64,000 nucleotides of DNA from Clostridia bacterium. GTDB taxonomy: Bacteria; Bacillota; Clostridia; UBA1212; DUPL01. The notes under the pieces are model-generated. The model was not told where the DNA came from and ran no database searches. It saw only the letters and a list, made by a program, of their open reading frames with translations. The DNA lies in assembly GCA_050951325.1 (NCBI GenBank), contig JBMNIW010000001.1, positions 32,001-96,000 on the forward strand, read 5' to 3'. Positions 1 through 10,142 of the stretch are shown here, piece after piece (within the stretch, counting starts at the first letter, position 1; each line of letters begins with the position of its first letter). Made by a program: the position numbers and the translations under genes.

Positions 1-899
1 TCCGCATCGCCTTTTCTCAACCTGTCCAATATATTAGAGTTTGTTGTAATCAGACTGTCTATTGTATATATAAGTTCCAGAAACTCCTCATCATCACAGT
101 ATGTCTCTTCATAAGTTTCACCTTTATCCGAATATGAAATCCCCCTTATCTTGTCTGTCAGTGCCAATATCGGTTTATTAATGTACCTGTTTACATACCA
201 AAGAAGCACAACACTTAATGGCACAACCAATACAACAAACACTGAAAGAGCAATTATTGCAACTTGCAGCTCCCTGCCATTATCCATATCGATTTTAAGA
301 GCGGCCGCCTCAGAAAGCTCCAGTATATATTTTTCACTATCATTTTCTGCAGATGGTATTACTGTCGTTTTTCCATCAATTATCCTGTCAAGTTCATTTA
401 AGAATAATTTGTCCATCTCTCTTGCCAGTAATATGTAATCAAATTGGTTATCCTCGTAACTTGCCTTTGCAAGAATAAATGGTTTGCCTCTTATGAATTT
501 TATGTCGGTATCCTTTTCGGATCGCATGAAACTCTTAACGTTTTCATCATTGCCCAAATCTTCAACACTAGTATCAAAATATCGCTCATACACATTTGTG
601 CTCGATACAAAACAGACACAGTCCGCTCCACTTTCTTCAATAACCTCAATAATATTATCATCACCACCCGAAACATGTCCATAGGCATTTCCATTTGTGG
701 AAAGAACAACCGCATTATGGTATAAGTGTTGCATTGCTCTCTCCATAAAATCCCTTGCATTGCCAATGGCGCTGTTTTGCTTCTGGCGCTGTTGGTTCAC
801 TGCGTGCATCGATAACAATATTATTAATATCAGTACTGCTGACAACATCAACAAAATCGGAATAAAGACCGCCCGTACAATCTTCTTCGTAATTTTCAT
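1..899 (-). CDS. Membrane sensor protein, N-terminal part (TM - extracellular domain - TM - HAMP-like); runs off the window
   Basis: Not in the ORF track because it has no stop in the window. Manual translation from ATG at 899: MKITKKIVRAVFIPILLMLSAVLILIILLS...VAIIALSVFVVLVVPLSVVLLWYVNRYINKPILALTDKIRGIS, i.e. two TM helices followed by a HAMP-like 'I.KPI..L' start. Output domain is not visible. Confidence 0.65.
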   Translation of the reverse strand, partial: MKITKKIVRAVFIPILLMLSAVLILIILLSMHAVNQQRQKQNSAIGNARDFMERAMQHLYHNAVVLSTNGNAYGHVSGGDDNIIEVIEESGADCVCFVSSTNVYERYFDTSVEDLGNDENVKSFMRSEKDTDIKFIRGKPFILAKASYEDNQFDYILLAREMDKLFLNELDRIIDGKTTVIPSAENDSEKYILELSEAAALKIDMDNGRELQVAIIALSVFVVLVVPLSVVLLWYVNRYINKPILALTDKIRGISYSDKGETYEETYCDDEEFLELIYTIDSLITTNSNILDRLRKGDA

Positions 900-1032
900 C
901 TTGATTCCTTCGTTTTTTTAATGATATTATTATAGACTATATCACATTCTTAATAGCATGGCAACACTTTAGTAATAGAATTATCAGAAACTATAAGAAG
1001 CTCGTATATAACTTATATTCATGTACGGCAAT

Positions 1033-1067
1033 AAAAACATGCGCACTGGCAAGTACCAATGCGCATG
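1033..1067 (-). terminator. Probable intrinsic terminator (minus strand)
   Basis: Stem CATGCGCA...TGCGCATG followed by a T-run on the minus strand. Confidence 0.55.
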
Positions 1068-1309
1068 CGTCTGCTAACCCTTGAATTTGTGTCTGTTCTT
1101 CTGAACAAACCTGTTTAGTTCATAAAAGGAGGTGAAGTCATGCTCAACTATTTTCTCCTGCATCTCTTTCGGAAGCGAATGAAAAAGTTGATAGCTTGAC
1201 GTATCCTGAGCAAGCAGCTCGTCAATTCCTGAAAACATGCCAAAAAACATTTAGAACACCCCGTAATATATTATTCTCAATAACAGCTATTTGATACCAC
1301 AAAAACATT

Positions 1310-1930
1310 TCAAATAATCCCATTAATTATTTCTGCGTAATCATCCGGCGGTATCAGGCAAGCATAAAGGTAATTCTCAAAAACTTCCTTTACAAAATTT
1401 TGTCTAAAAAAACACCAGGAGTAATAGTAGGCCAAACAGCCAGTCTCATCATCAAAAACAAAAGAGCCGAACCTGCAAGTAGAGTTGAACTCTGCCAGCA
1501 TTATTTTCAACGCATCTTCATTCCCATCTTTTATTTCATATGGCAACACTGTATTTATTGTTACCGTCTGTGAAATAGGCTCGATAATTACAAAAACATT
1601 TACAACAACATTTGAAAGCCCAAAGCAAACCACAAGAATCATATCATCATCAATAGACCTGTACGTCCAGTTTTTCTCATCCATGTACTGCTTCAACTTT
1701 TCATAATAACCTCTTGACTCTTCAGTTCTTCTTCTGTCCGACTCATTCTGTTCCTCTATTATCTCCTCCAGCGTTTTTCCACTCACGGCAGTAAATAACT
1801 CTGCCAGTTCCTCATCATCCTTTATTTCATCTATATAATCTTCCAATACATTTACGTTTTCATTAATCTGTTTTAGTATGAATCTTAACTGCCTTTCCAA
1901 TTCCTCGTCCGTCATTCTCTCACTTCTCAT
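1310..1930 (-). CDS. YbjN-like domain protein
   Basis: 206 aa; C-terminal 'AEFNSTCRFGSFVFDDETGCLAY' resembles the YbjN/type III chaperone-like family. Confidence 0.55.
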   Translation of the reverse strand: MRSERMTDEELERQLRFILKQINENVNVLEDYIDEIKDDEELAELFTAVSGKTLEEIIEEQNESDRRRTEESRGYYEKLKQYMDEKNWTYRSIDDDMILVVCFGLSNVVVNVFVIIEPISQTVTINTVLPYEIKDGNEDALKIMLAEFNSTCRFGSFVFDDETGCLAYYYSWCFFRQNFVKEVFENYLYACLIPPDDYAEIINGII

Positions 1931-2119
1931 ACCTTATTCTACTATACTCATAATATATACAAAAAGAAGCCTTTTCGTGAAAAGGCCCTCAAGCTACCCC
2001 GATTCTTTGAATAGAATTGGCGAAATATATAATGTACGGGTAATTAATATACAAAAGATAAAACACTCAAAACCATTTCCATTTTAACCCAAATTGCCCA
2101 TTAGCAAAACCGAAGGATT

Positions 2120-2698
2120 TCAAATTTCCTTCGGTTTTGTCATATCATAATTCTTATCTCTCATGCTCTTTAATGCTTCAAAGAATCGAGAAGCTTTTCC
2201 TTTCCCCCTCTTATTCAATGGAAGGTCAAGCATTTCAATCATCTTCTTGACATCATCAATTCTTTTCATTAAGAACTCAATCTCAATTTCATAATCCTCA
2301 TGCCCCAGATAACTGCTAATGTCAAATTCAACCCTTATACCGTCGTCAATGACATATCTTGTCCTCCTTGTGTGAAGTACACCCTTAAGATCGTACCTCT
2401 TCCCCTCTACAGTTATGGAGCCGTAAACCATATCAACACTTCTCTCTTCTTCGTAACACAGGGAATATCTCTTGTCGGTCTTTAAATGCTTTTTTACCTG
2501 CAACTTCAAAGCACCGTCCTTGTGCCGTATTCTAATAGTAATTCCGCTTTTTCGCAACTCAAAGTTGTCGTTATCATAATAGTAATTTGCCTGCTCTATT
2601 ACATTAACAGAGATTTTCTTGTACTTCCGTTTCAGAGTTTCCTGCGCTTTGTTGAAAAACTCCTTGTCTACTAAAAATTTGTACTCCAACTCTTTCAT
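2120..2698 (-). CDS. CYTH domain (triphosphate tunnel metalloenzyme) protein
   Basis: N-terminal ExExK motif (ELEYKF), 'QANYYYD', 'IRIR', 'DYEIEIE', C-terminal 'GKASRFF'. Confidence 0.9.
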   Translation of the reverse strand: MKELEYKFLVDKEFFNKAQETLKRKYKKISVNVIEQANYYYDNDNFELRKSGITIRIRHKDGALKLQVKKHLKTDKRYSLCYEEERSVDMVYGSITVEGKRYDLKGVLHTRRTRYVIDDGIRVEFDISSYLGHEDYEIEIEFLMKRIDDVKKMIEMLDLPLNKRGKGKASRFFEALKSMRDKNYDMTKPKEI

Positions 2699-3135
2699 TC
2701 TTCAGACTTCTCTACCTTTCGCATTACATTGCAAATTTTAAAACAGACAGACATCTCATCCAATCCAGTAATACAAACTTTGACAGAATCTGCCAACAAA
2801 AGAACTCTGGAAAACAGTTCAATGGTTCGGTCGTAACTTGACAGGTAAAGTGATGGGGTTTTCCATTCCACATTCACATCAAGTCCGTCCTTGCCAAACT
2901 GGTATTGAATAATATCATTATCATTGTCTGAAATAATTTGAATAAAAGAAATTATAGTCTTAAATTTGTTGTACTGGACTTTGTTCACTTCAAGCATATC
3001 CGGTTTGTCATAAACCTTCTTCTCCTGACTCTCTCCCCCACAGGGCTTACTGTAATGTTCTGATAACGCAACTAATAGCTCTTCTATCTCTTTTGCCAAA
3101 CCAGCGTATTTCATATTGTCCATATCCTTATCCAA
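2695..3135 (-). CDS. Hypothetical protein
   Basis: 146 aa ORF whose stop overlaps the CYTH start (ATGA coupling); start uncertain. Confidence 0.55.
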   Translation of the reverse strand: MDKDMDNMKYAGLAKEIEELLVALSEHYSKPCGGESQEKKVYDKPDMLEVNKVQYNKFKTIISFIQIISDNDNDIIQYQFGKDGLDVNVEWKTPSLYLSSYDRTIELFSRVLLLADSVKVCITGLDEMSVCFKICNVMRKVEKSEE

Positions 3136-3482
3136 GACTACGCATACTGTCAGCTACAGACGTGTAGCATAACCTCCTTCCATTGATTAGTAAAATGATT
3201 TTACTATACATTCGTAAAATTGTCCATTAAGGATATAAAAAGAAATTTTATCCAACCGGGCAGCTATGCATAACAGCCAATTTTGCTTTCTTTGGATAGA
3301 GCCTCTGTAATTCGTTTAGGAAGAGCTATACTGATAGAGAAAAATACTTTACACTAATTGACAAGACACAACCTACGTTTCTCTAAAAAAGGTGATTTAT
3401 AGCTCAGAATCCTTTTCCTTTTTTTACGAACCAATCGTCCCAACTTGACATAGTGGCATCTGGGCAGCATGCCCCGCAAACC

Positions 3483-3514
3483 AAAAAAAGACTGGCATGA
3501 CGCCAGCCTTTTTT
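3483..3514 (-). terminator. Intrinsic terminator after the sortase-type surface protein gene
   Basis: AAAAAAGACTGGCatgacGCCAGCCTTTTTT inverted repeat with A/T tails. Confidence 0.65.
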
Positions 3515-3526
3515 ATGCATCACAAA

Positions 3527-4732
3527 TTATTTAACTTTTCTTCTCTTTACCAGAACTGCTGCAAGAGCTGCAAATCCGTATGCTATGATACCAACATCGC
3601 CTGTTGTTGGGTTTTCAGCATCAAGTGGAATCAGATAGTCATTAACACCTTCTGTTTCAACAAACATTACAGTTCCTGCCATTACCAGTGGACCATTATA
3701 GTCTGGATTTTTTGTTCCATTAAAACCATACTCAATAAGCCCTTCTGGTGCATCTATGCTGGAACAAGCAACAACATAGTAGAATACTGTTGGGTCTGGA
3801 TCCTGGTCTGGTTCCAGTTCAACATAGAATATATACTGTCCTGGATTCATTGGCTCGAACGCTGCTTGCAAATGAGTGTCTTGAGAAAGCGACAAATCCT
3901 CTCTTGCAACAGGCTCGCCTGCCAAAGTCTGTTCAACAGATGTATCAAACTTGTACAGCGCCCAGTGACCCTTTGCATTGTTCTTGCTTGCATACAGGTA
4001 GAAGTTAATTCCATAGAATGGAGCAGCTGCATTGAATCTAATCCAGTAGTGACCTGGTTTCGAAGGATCGGAAACAGTATTTAGCCAAATACCGATATTA
4101 AGGTCAGTTCCTGAAAAAGGTACTTCTACAGGGAAATCCCTGTCTCCTTCGTTGGAGCCGAGGTTTTGTCCGTCTGGTGTGGCAGCAAATGCATTCATGT
4201 CATCAACAGTCTTGAAGAATCCAATACCAGCAACGGTTATCATGGTATTTTCTACAGGACTCTCACCGTATGGGTCGAACCTGATAAAACCAACATCCCC
4301 TGCGTTAGCAGCACCCAGGTCAACATAAATCCACTGCCAATCGGTCCCTTCAGCCCATGTGAATATAATGGATTTTCCACCTACGGCACCTTGACCCTTT
4401 ACATTATAGAAAATTTCGCCTTCCAAACCGCCTCCAGCATACTCTTTCTTGACCTTCATGGCAAGAATCTTGTATGTAGAGGTATCAATATTCTCGACAA
4501 AATCAATACCAATATTAGGGTCGCCCTTGCCCAATATCTTGAGTTTCAACACGTCACCGGATACCAATGACTTCATATTGTTTCCACTCGCAGCCACAGA
4601 GCCGTTAATAACCTGATTATCTTTGAAAATCATGGACTTTGAATGTGGTGGATCAGCAGCCTGTGTCCTAAGCGGAACCAATGCCAATACCATGCACAAA
4701 GCAATTACCAACACAGTACATTTTTTTAACAT
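3527..4732 (-). CDS. Secreted surface protein with NPxTG-type sorting signal, probable carbohydrate-binding beta-sandwich domains
   Basis: Signal peptide; C-terminal ENPTTGD, then a hydrophobic helix and KRRKVK tail; internal 'GFIRFDP' and 'WQWIYVDL' strands. Confidence 0.7.
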   Translation of the reverse strand: MLKKCTVLVIALCMVLALVPLRTQAADPPHSKSMIFKDNQVINGSVAASGNNMKSLVSGDVLKLKILGKGDPNIGIDFVENIDTSTYKILAMKVKKEYAGGGLEGEIFYNVKGQGAVGGKSIIFTWAEGTDWQWIYVDLGAANAGDVGFIRFDPYGESPVENTMITVAGIGFFKTVDDMNAFAATPDGQNLGSNEGDRDFPVEVPFSGTDLNIGIWLNTVSDPSKPGHYWIRFNAAAPFYGINFYLYASKNNAKGHWALYKFDTSVEQTLAGEPVAREDLSLSQDTHLQAAFEPMNPGQYIFYVELEPDQDPDPTVFYYVVACSSIDAPEGLIEYGFNGTKNPDYNGPLVMAGTVMFVETEGVNDYLIPLDAENPTTGDVGIIAYGFAALAAVLVKRRKVK

Positions 4733-5209
4733 TTGTTTTCCTCCTTTTAATTTTTCGATAAACTATGTAAATATATATTACTATATATTGCAAAGCATGT
4801 CTATATTTAATTTATATTATTTATAATCAAAACCTATTCACTTCATAATTATTACCAACCTGTTATGACTATTTCTCATCTCCAATACATTATTTATTTT
4901 CATACTTATATTATACACATCTTTAAAAATTAGTCACATATGTAAATATTATCAAAAATAAAAATATCTGCTTGGTATATTACGGTGGTTTTTATTAACT
5001 TTTTCCGACAAACACCCTCGAATAACCAAATACCACAATCCTCACAAGAATATTGTGTTATATTCACGGACTAATGTTGTTGATAATTTTTTCACATTAC
5101 AATATAATTTAAGTATTATTCCACTACAGTTCCACACCTGTATAAAAACCCACAGTCCTGAATATGCTTTTTAATCAAAGGCATAATATACATAAAAGGA
5201 GGAATATAA

Positions 5210-5815
5210 ATGAGTCGTGTATTGTATATCAAGGCAAACGCAAAGAAGGAAGGCGAATCGAGAACCTTCAGAATTGCAGACAGTTTTATCGAAGCATACA
5301 AGAGCTTTCATCCAAACGATGAAATCATCACCCTGGATCTGTACAAGGAAGGAATAGATTTTTTGCGTGAAGACGACCTTAACGCAGTCCTTGCCCACAA
5401 AGAGACAGAAGACCGGGAACACCCAATCCTGAAGTACGCATATCAGTTCAGGGACGCTGATAAATATGTAATAGCCGAACCTTTGTGGAATCTTTCAATT
5501 CCAGCCATTTTGAAGGCATATCTTGACTATGTTACGGTAAGCGGCATAACATTCAGATATACCGAGTATGGCGCAGAAGGTTTGTGCAAAGGAAAGAAAG
5601 CCATAAATATTACAACAAGAGGCGGCAACTATACAGAAAAAGGTGCTGCCGAGTATGAAATGGGTGACAGGTATCTCAGGACACTATTTGGGTTCCTTGG
5701 AATAGTAGATTTCAAGACCCTGTCCGTGGATGAACTCGACGTTGTAGGAACGGATGTAGAGGCAAGCATTAAAGAAGCAATCAAGGAAGCAATAAGACTG
5801 GCTGAGACATTTTAA
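5210..5815 (+). CDS. azoR: FMN-dependent NADH-azoreductase
   Basis: Motifs 'ADKYVIAEPLWNLSIPAILKAYLD', 'GITFRYT..G..GL', 'TRGGNY', 'YLRTLFGFLGI'; RBS AGGAGG. Confidence 0.92.
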   Translation: MSRVLYIKANAKKEGESRTFRIADSFIEAYKSFHPNDEIITLDLYKEGIDFLREDDLNAVLAHKETEDREHPILKYAYQFRDADKYVIAEPLWNLSIPAILKAYLDYVTVSGITFRYTEYGAEGLCKGKKAINITTRGGNYTEKGAAEYEMGDRYLRTLFGFLGIVDFKTLSVDELDVVGTDVEASIKEAIKEAIRLAETF

Positions 5816-5823
5816 CTTGTACC

Positions 5824-5853
5824 AAACTGCCTGCCGCCTGGGCGGGCAGTTTA
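5824..5853 (+). terminator. Intrinsic terminator after azoR
   Basis: AAACTGCCTGCC-gcctg-GGCGGGCAGTTT stem followed by T residues. Confidence 0.65.
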
Positions 5854-5889
5854 CACAATAAATAGAATTTAGCAAGGAGTAGTAGTAAC

Positions 5890-7128
5890 ATGAAAAAACT
5901 GATAATACTTGTAGTAACCTTTTCATTATTTGCCGCATCCTGCAGCAATACAAGTGTTACCGAAAAAAAGAGAACCGAAAGGGTGCCCAACCCTACACCG
6001 GACGTCATAAAACCTGACAACAAATATGTAGACGTGCCAGCGTATGACAAGTTTGGGCAATGGCCTTACAAAGATGGGGAGGAATACTATTCCTCCAAGG
6101 TAGGCACCTGGTTTACAGTATGGTGGACTGACGAAAGCAAACCGACCCATGATCACTGGTTTGCTGAAGGCTGGACCCGTTTAAAGCCCGTTGATTACGG
6201 ATATTATTCAAGTGGCGATGAGGATTATCTAACAAGCGTCCTTTCACGACTTAAATACATAGGTGTTGACTATCTGATGATTGACGACACAAACGGCCAC
6301 TGGAACGATTTCGGCCTTATCGCCAAGAACATTGAGCAAGTCTTCAAAGTTGCCAACGAACTTGGTGAAAACAGTCCACAGATTGCAATAGCAACAGGAG
6401 GACCCTTGAGAGACGGCAATACGAAAATCCAGGAAAAGGAACTCGATGCGTATTGGAAACTGCATAATGATCACCCCGGCACCTTCTTCCAGTACAAAGG
6501 AAAACCCTTCCTTATCATGTACATTGCCGGCGAAGTCAACAAACGTCATTCAGATGACAGGTTTACCATAAGACACGGCACGGGATTCATCTCCTGGCAG
6601 AAGAAAGCTCAAGACCAGTCAATATTCCAAACAGAAGGCAACTGGGGATGGGTCTTTGACATACAGAATGAGGGCAGCGAGGTTATTGGCGTTCAGCCTG
6701 GCTACAACAAGGCTCATCAGGGAATAGAGATTCAAACCATTTACAGGGAGAACGGAAAACACTATATACAATCCTGGCTGAATGCAATAAAACAGAACCC
6801 GGAAATGATAATAATCCCAAGCTACAATGACCACGCAGAGGAAACAGGTTGGGAGGCCACGGTTCCCATCAGGCCGCCAAGCAATGAAAATTGCGACCAA
6901 GGAACCGAAGGTGAAGACCCTTACCTGTATGAGAAAATTACCGAGGCGTATCTTGCACTCAGATACGGATTTATCGATGGTTTCATGTACAGGGAGGAAA
7001 ACAGCAAAGAAACATACCTGTTCAAGAACAACAAGCTCGCCAAAGTTGAGCCAAAAGAAACCGATTTGGTTATAATTATACCGGACGGCTATTTTGAATG
7101 GGAAAGCAACAAAAACACAAAGAAGTAG
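5890..7128 (+). CDS. Lipoprotein, distant GH99/GH71-like glycoside hydrolase
   Basis: Lipobox FAASC; 'GYYSSGD', 'GVDYLMIDDTNG', 'YKGKPF', 'QPGYN', 'SYNDHAEETGWE' parallel the GH99-like TIM-barrel motifs. Confidence 0.6.
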   Translation: MKKLIILVVTFSLFAASCSNTSVTEKKRTERVPNPTPDVIKPDNKYVDVPAYDKFGQWPYKDGEEYYSSKVGTWFTVWWTDESKPTHDHWFAEGWTRLKPVDYGYYSSGDEDYLTSVLSRLKYIGVDYLMIDDTNGHWNDFGLIAKNIEQVFKVANELGENSPQIAIATGGPLRDGNTKIQEKELDAYWKLHNDHPGTFFQYKGKPFLIMYIAGEVNKRHSDDRFTIRHGTGFISWQKKAQDQSIFQTEGNWGWVFDIQNEGSEVIGVQPGYNKAHQGIEIQTIYRENGKHYIQSWLNAIKQNPEMIIIPSYNDHAEETGWEATVPIRPPSNENCDQGTEGEDPYLYEKITEAYLALRYGFIDGFMYREENSKETYLFKNNKLAKVEPKETDLVIIIPDGYFEWESNKNTKK

Positions 7129-7166
7129 CAAAATGCCCTGCAGGACCAAACCTTGCAGGGCTTATT

Positions 7167-8993
7167 TTACGGATTCACAAGCGGGATGTTTGCACCCTCG
7201 CTTAATCTTAGAACTCCCAGCTCTTTACAATCCTTGTAAAACTCCTTCTCAAGTCTGTCATACTCGAAAACATCCGCAAACTCTCCCCTTCTTGAAGTTA
7301 GTTTATAGAATCTGTAAGAGAGTTCCGATCTTCTTACACGTTCCAAAACCCTCTCATTCTCAGCTTCCTCTTTTGCCTTTTCCCAAAGAGAATCAAGATG
7401 TGCAAGCTCTTCGTTGTTTATCAACGACCTATACAAGGAAGCAGCATCAACCACCAGGTTGAAATGAACACTTGGGGCTGATACCTTTTCATGCAGGAAC
7501 TCAACATACTCTTTCACATACGGACTTGCCTTTCCGTAATACGTCTCAAGAAACTCGTTAATATGAATTTCCACATCCGTATATGGATCCCACAATAATT
7601 TAGCCAGAATATATGACCTAAGCTCGCCAAATTCTCCATTCAATCCCTCCTGATAGTTGCCCTGCTCAAACACTCCCTTAACATTGTTCTCAAAGAAGAA
7701 CTGCATGTTTGGCTGCAGGGTGTCAAGGTTCGGAAATGGACAGAGGTATTGGGCAAAGTTTGTAGTATAGTCCCATATGTATATCCTGTTTGAGATTTTT
7801 GCCCACCTTTCAATACAACCCTTTATTCCTGAATTGTTAGGGCAATTGCCAATGGGATGAGCCGAGCACCCTCCCGTGCACACCCGTACAATAACATTGT
7901 CCAAAGGCTTTGTCACCCTGGGCGGCTCTATGGAATATTGGTATGCCAGAGTATCCACATAAACATCAGGAAACTCATCTTTTATAGCCTCTGCAATTTT
8001 GTTTACAAACCTTATCAATGTACCAGACTTGGAACGCTCCTCCCTATCCACCTTTTTGCATTCGCTGCAGGTACAATACGATTCAATCACAAAACTGTCA
8101 TTCTGGGAAACAGATACAATCTTTGCTTCAGGATTCTCCCTGAGCCACTCCTTTACTTTGTCTATACAAATCTTGAGGACATCGGGATTGGTAAGACAAA
8201 GCTGACTGTATAGATGCTTAGCGGTCCTTTCACCGTTTATCTCAGAGAAGTACTCTGGATGCTCGTCAAAGTATACTGATGCTGGCACCAGATGCTCGAA
8301 TGTATGTACAAAGTGAGGACCTGCATAAAAGATACCGCTCCCCAAATTCTTGGGTATGGTTCTTCCATTCTCTCCGCTCTTAAGACAGCCGTTCAGTCTG
8401 AGCTTCGTACTAAATACAGGATCATATGTATTTGTCCAGAACAAATCCCTGTACTCAAAGACAGGCTTGTCGGACTTTGGTTCATGAAGCTGCAGCTCCA
8501 AGGTCTTGTTTGAAGGCACTTTTTCCACACCTTCAGCAAAGAACCTGCAACCTAAAGACTCCAAAAAGTCATATACACCGTAAATGGTTCCTCTGTCCCC
8601 ACCGCCAGCTATGACAAGCTTCTTGTTGCTCCAAAGGATGGTAAAACCCTCTTCTCCCAGAGAGTCCCGATCCACTTCATAATCCTTTTCCCTGTTGGTC
8701 TTGCCAACAACAATCTCCAATTCAGTTTCCTTTTTATTATCCTTAATAATCGGAATATTAAACCCCGTAATTTTCTTAATATACTTCTGTAATTCCTCCG
8801 CTGCATACTGCTCTGCCTTGCTTGCCTTTGCTCCAACAACTATTTTGTAATTGCTTTTTCCTTCATAAACAAGATATACGATTCCTTCAGGAGCATCAGG
8901 AATGTCATAGGTTTTTGTGCAGCCTGAAAGAGTACACATTAGCATTACAAAAGAACTTAGAGCAAATGCAAACGCTTTTCCTGAAAATCTCAT
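7167..8993 (-). CDS. DUF4838 domain lipoprotein (GH-like, with GH20/GH67 N-terminal-like domain)
   Basis: Start MRFSGK at 8993, lipobox LSGC; 'AAEELQKYIKKITG', 'RGTIYGVYDFLE.LGCRF', 'HPEYF', 'QLCLTNPDV', 'TLAYQY', 'YIWDY', 'AKLLWDP'. Confidence 0.85.
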   Translation of the reverse strand: MRFSGKAFAFALSSFVMLMCTLSGCTKTYDIPDAPEGIVYLVYEGKSNYKIVVGAKASKAEQYAAEELQKYIKKITGFNIPIIKDNKKETELEIVVGKTNREKDYEVDRDSLGEEGFTILWSNKKLVIAGGGDRGTIYGVYDFLESLGCRFFAEGVEKVPSNKTLELQLHEPKSDKPVFEYRDLFWTNTYDPVFSTKLRLNGCLKSGENGRTIPKNLGSGIFYAGPHFVHTFEHLVPASVYFDEHPEYFSEINGERTAKHLYSQLCLTNPDVLKICIDKVKEWLRENPEAKIVSVSQNDSFVIESYCTCSECKKVDREERSKSGTLIRFVNKIAEAIKDEFPDVYVDTLAYQYSIEPPRVTKPLDNVIVRVCTGGCSAHPIGNCPNNSGIKGCIERWAKISNRIYIWDYTTNFAQYLCPFPNLDTLQPNMQFFFENNVKGVFEQGNYQEGLNGEFGELRSYILAKLLWDPYTDVEIHINEFLETYYGKASPYVKEYVEFLHEKVSAPSVHFNLVVDAASLYRSLINNEELAHLDSLWEKAKEEAENERVLERVRRSELSYRFYKLTSRRGEFADVFEYDRLEKEFYKDCKELGVLRLSEGANIPLVNP

Positions 8994-8995
8994 AT

Positions 8996-10027
8996 TCACT
9001 TGACCGCTCTCCTTCTCGCAATAATTGCTATTACAACACCTACCAATACCAATACAACGCATACAACCGCAAAAGGTATCCAATCAGCCTTTTCGCCTTT
9101 TTCTTCGTCCGGCTTCTTGGTTGATTCATTTGTTTCTTTTGGAACTTCCGTATCAGTAGGCTCTGGTTTCGGAGTACCCGTAGGTTCCGGAGTATCCTCC
9201 ACTTCATAGCTCATAGTAACATTGTCAACATAAAAAGGATGATTCCTTCCTCCAAAGGCCACATGACAATCTTCCGCCACTAGTCTTGCATTATCAAGCT
9301 CCAATACCACATTGCCTTCGCTGTCTTTCAAAACCACCTTTTTGAAATACTCAAAGTCAACAGGCATATGTTCTGCGTCAATTTCGTACCTTCCCTTGTC
9401 GGACATCTCACAAGTTGCAATCAGTGCATCGTTAACAAAAACCTCAATTTTCTCACCATCATCCACAAATTTGATATTATTAAACTCTTTGTAATTGTAC
9501 GTCTCAGGCATTGGAAAATCATGATACACCGAACTAATCTGTTCATTCTCCGAATCCATCTGCATGTTCTTTATCCTAATTCGTACAGAATCCTGCCTTA
9601 ACGAAACCAGAAGTCCTGGTCCTCCGGTGGAGGACTCACCATTCTTGCCGCCCTTTTCTGTGTACCAATCCCACTCATAGAAAGGAAATGGTGCGCTTTC
9701 GTTCCTGCCTGCCCTGACAAAAACATTCACATCTCCCACCGCTTCCAGTTTCAAATCCAAACTAAATGTGTAAGGTGCAGTTATAGGGTCGTAGGAATAA
9801 AATTCTGAAAATCCCGTTACCTTTAAGAACTTGTTTCCGTCCTTTTCTTCAAGAACCGTCTCGCCATGAACAACAGAATGACCCCAGTCATAGCTGAACT
9901 TGTCAAAGTCGACGAAAGACGAACCAACCTCTTCATCCTCAAAGCTGCCGTCAGTTGTATATGTATATGCACTGACGAAAATGCAGAGGACGAGAAGAAG
10001 TACTACAATAATGAATTGCTTTTTCAT
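8996..10027 (-). CDS. Membrane-anchored secreted protein with concanavalin-like beta-sandwich, PT/E linker and C-terminal TM
   Basis: Signal peptide, 'TPEPTGTPKPEPT' linker, C-terminal TM plus RRRAVK. Confidence 0.75.
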   Translation of the reverse strand: MKKQFIIVVLLLVLCIFVSAYTYTTDGSFEDEEVGSSFVDFDKFSYDWGHSVVHGETVLEEKDGNKFLKVTGFSEFYSYDPITAPYTFSLDLKLEAVGDVNVFVRAGRNESAPFPFYEWDWYTEKGGKNGESSTGGPGLLVSLRQDSVRIRIKNMQMDSENEQISSVYHDFPMPETYNYKEFNNIKFVDDGEKIEVFVNDALIATCEMSDKGRYEIDAEHMPVDFEYFKKVVLKDSEGNVVLELDNARLVAEDCHVAFGGRNHPFYVDNVTMSYEVEDTPEPTGTPKPEPTDTEVPKETNESTKKPDEEKGEKADWIPFAVVCVVLVLVGVVIAIIARRRAVK

Positions 10028-10142
10028 TCTCTTTCACTCCCAACGAAATATCGTTATCCTAGGAATATCTTATACAATTTTCTTATTTTTTTCAACAAGT
10101 TAATATTTATCTATTCCATTCACTGTAAAATAAGTATATAAT

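Noticed and set aside
3200-3480. Possible riboswitch upstream of the CYTH operon
   Set aside because: Only weak stems (TATCCA..TGGATA); no recognisable c-di-GMP, c-di-AMP, SAM or T-box consensus by eye. An Rfam scan would settle it.
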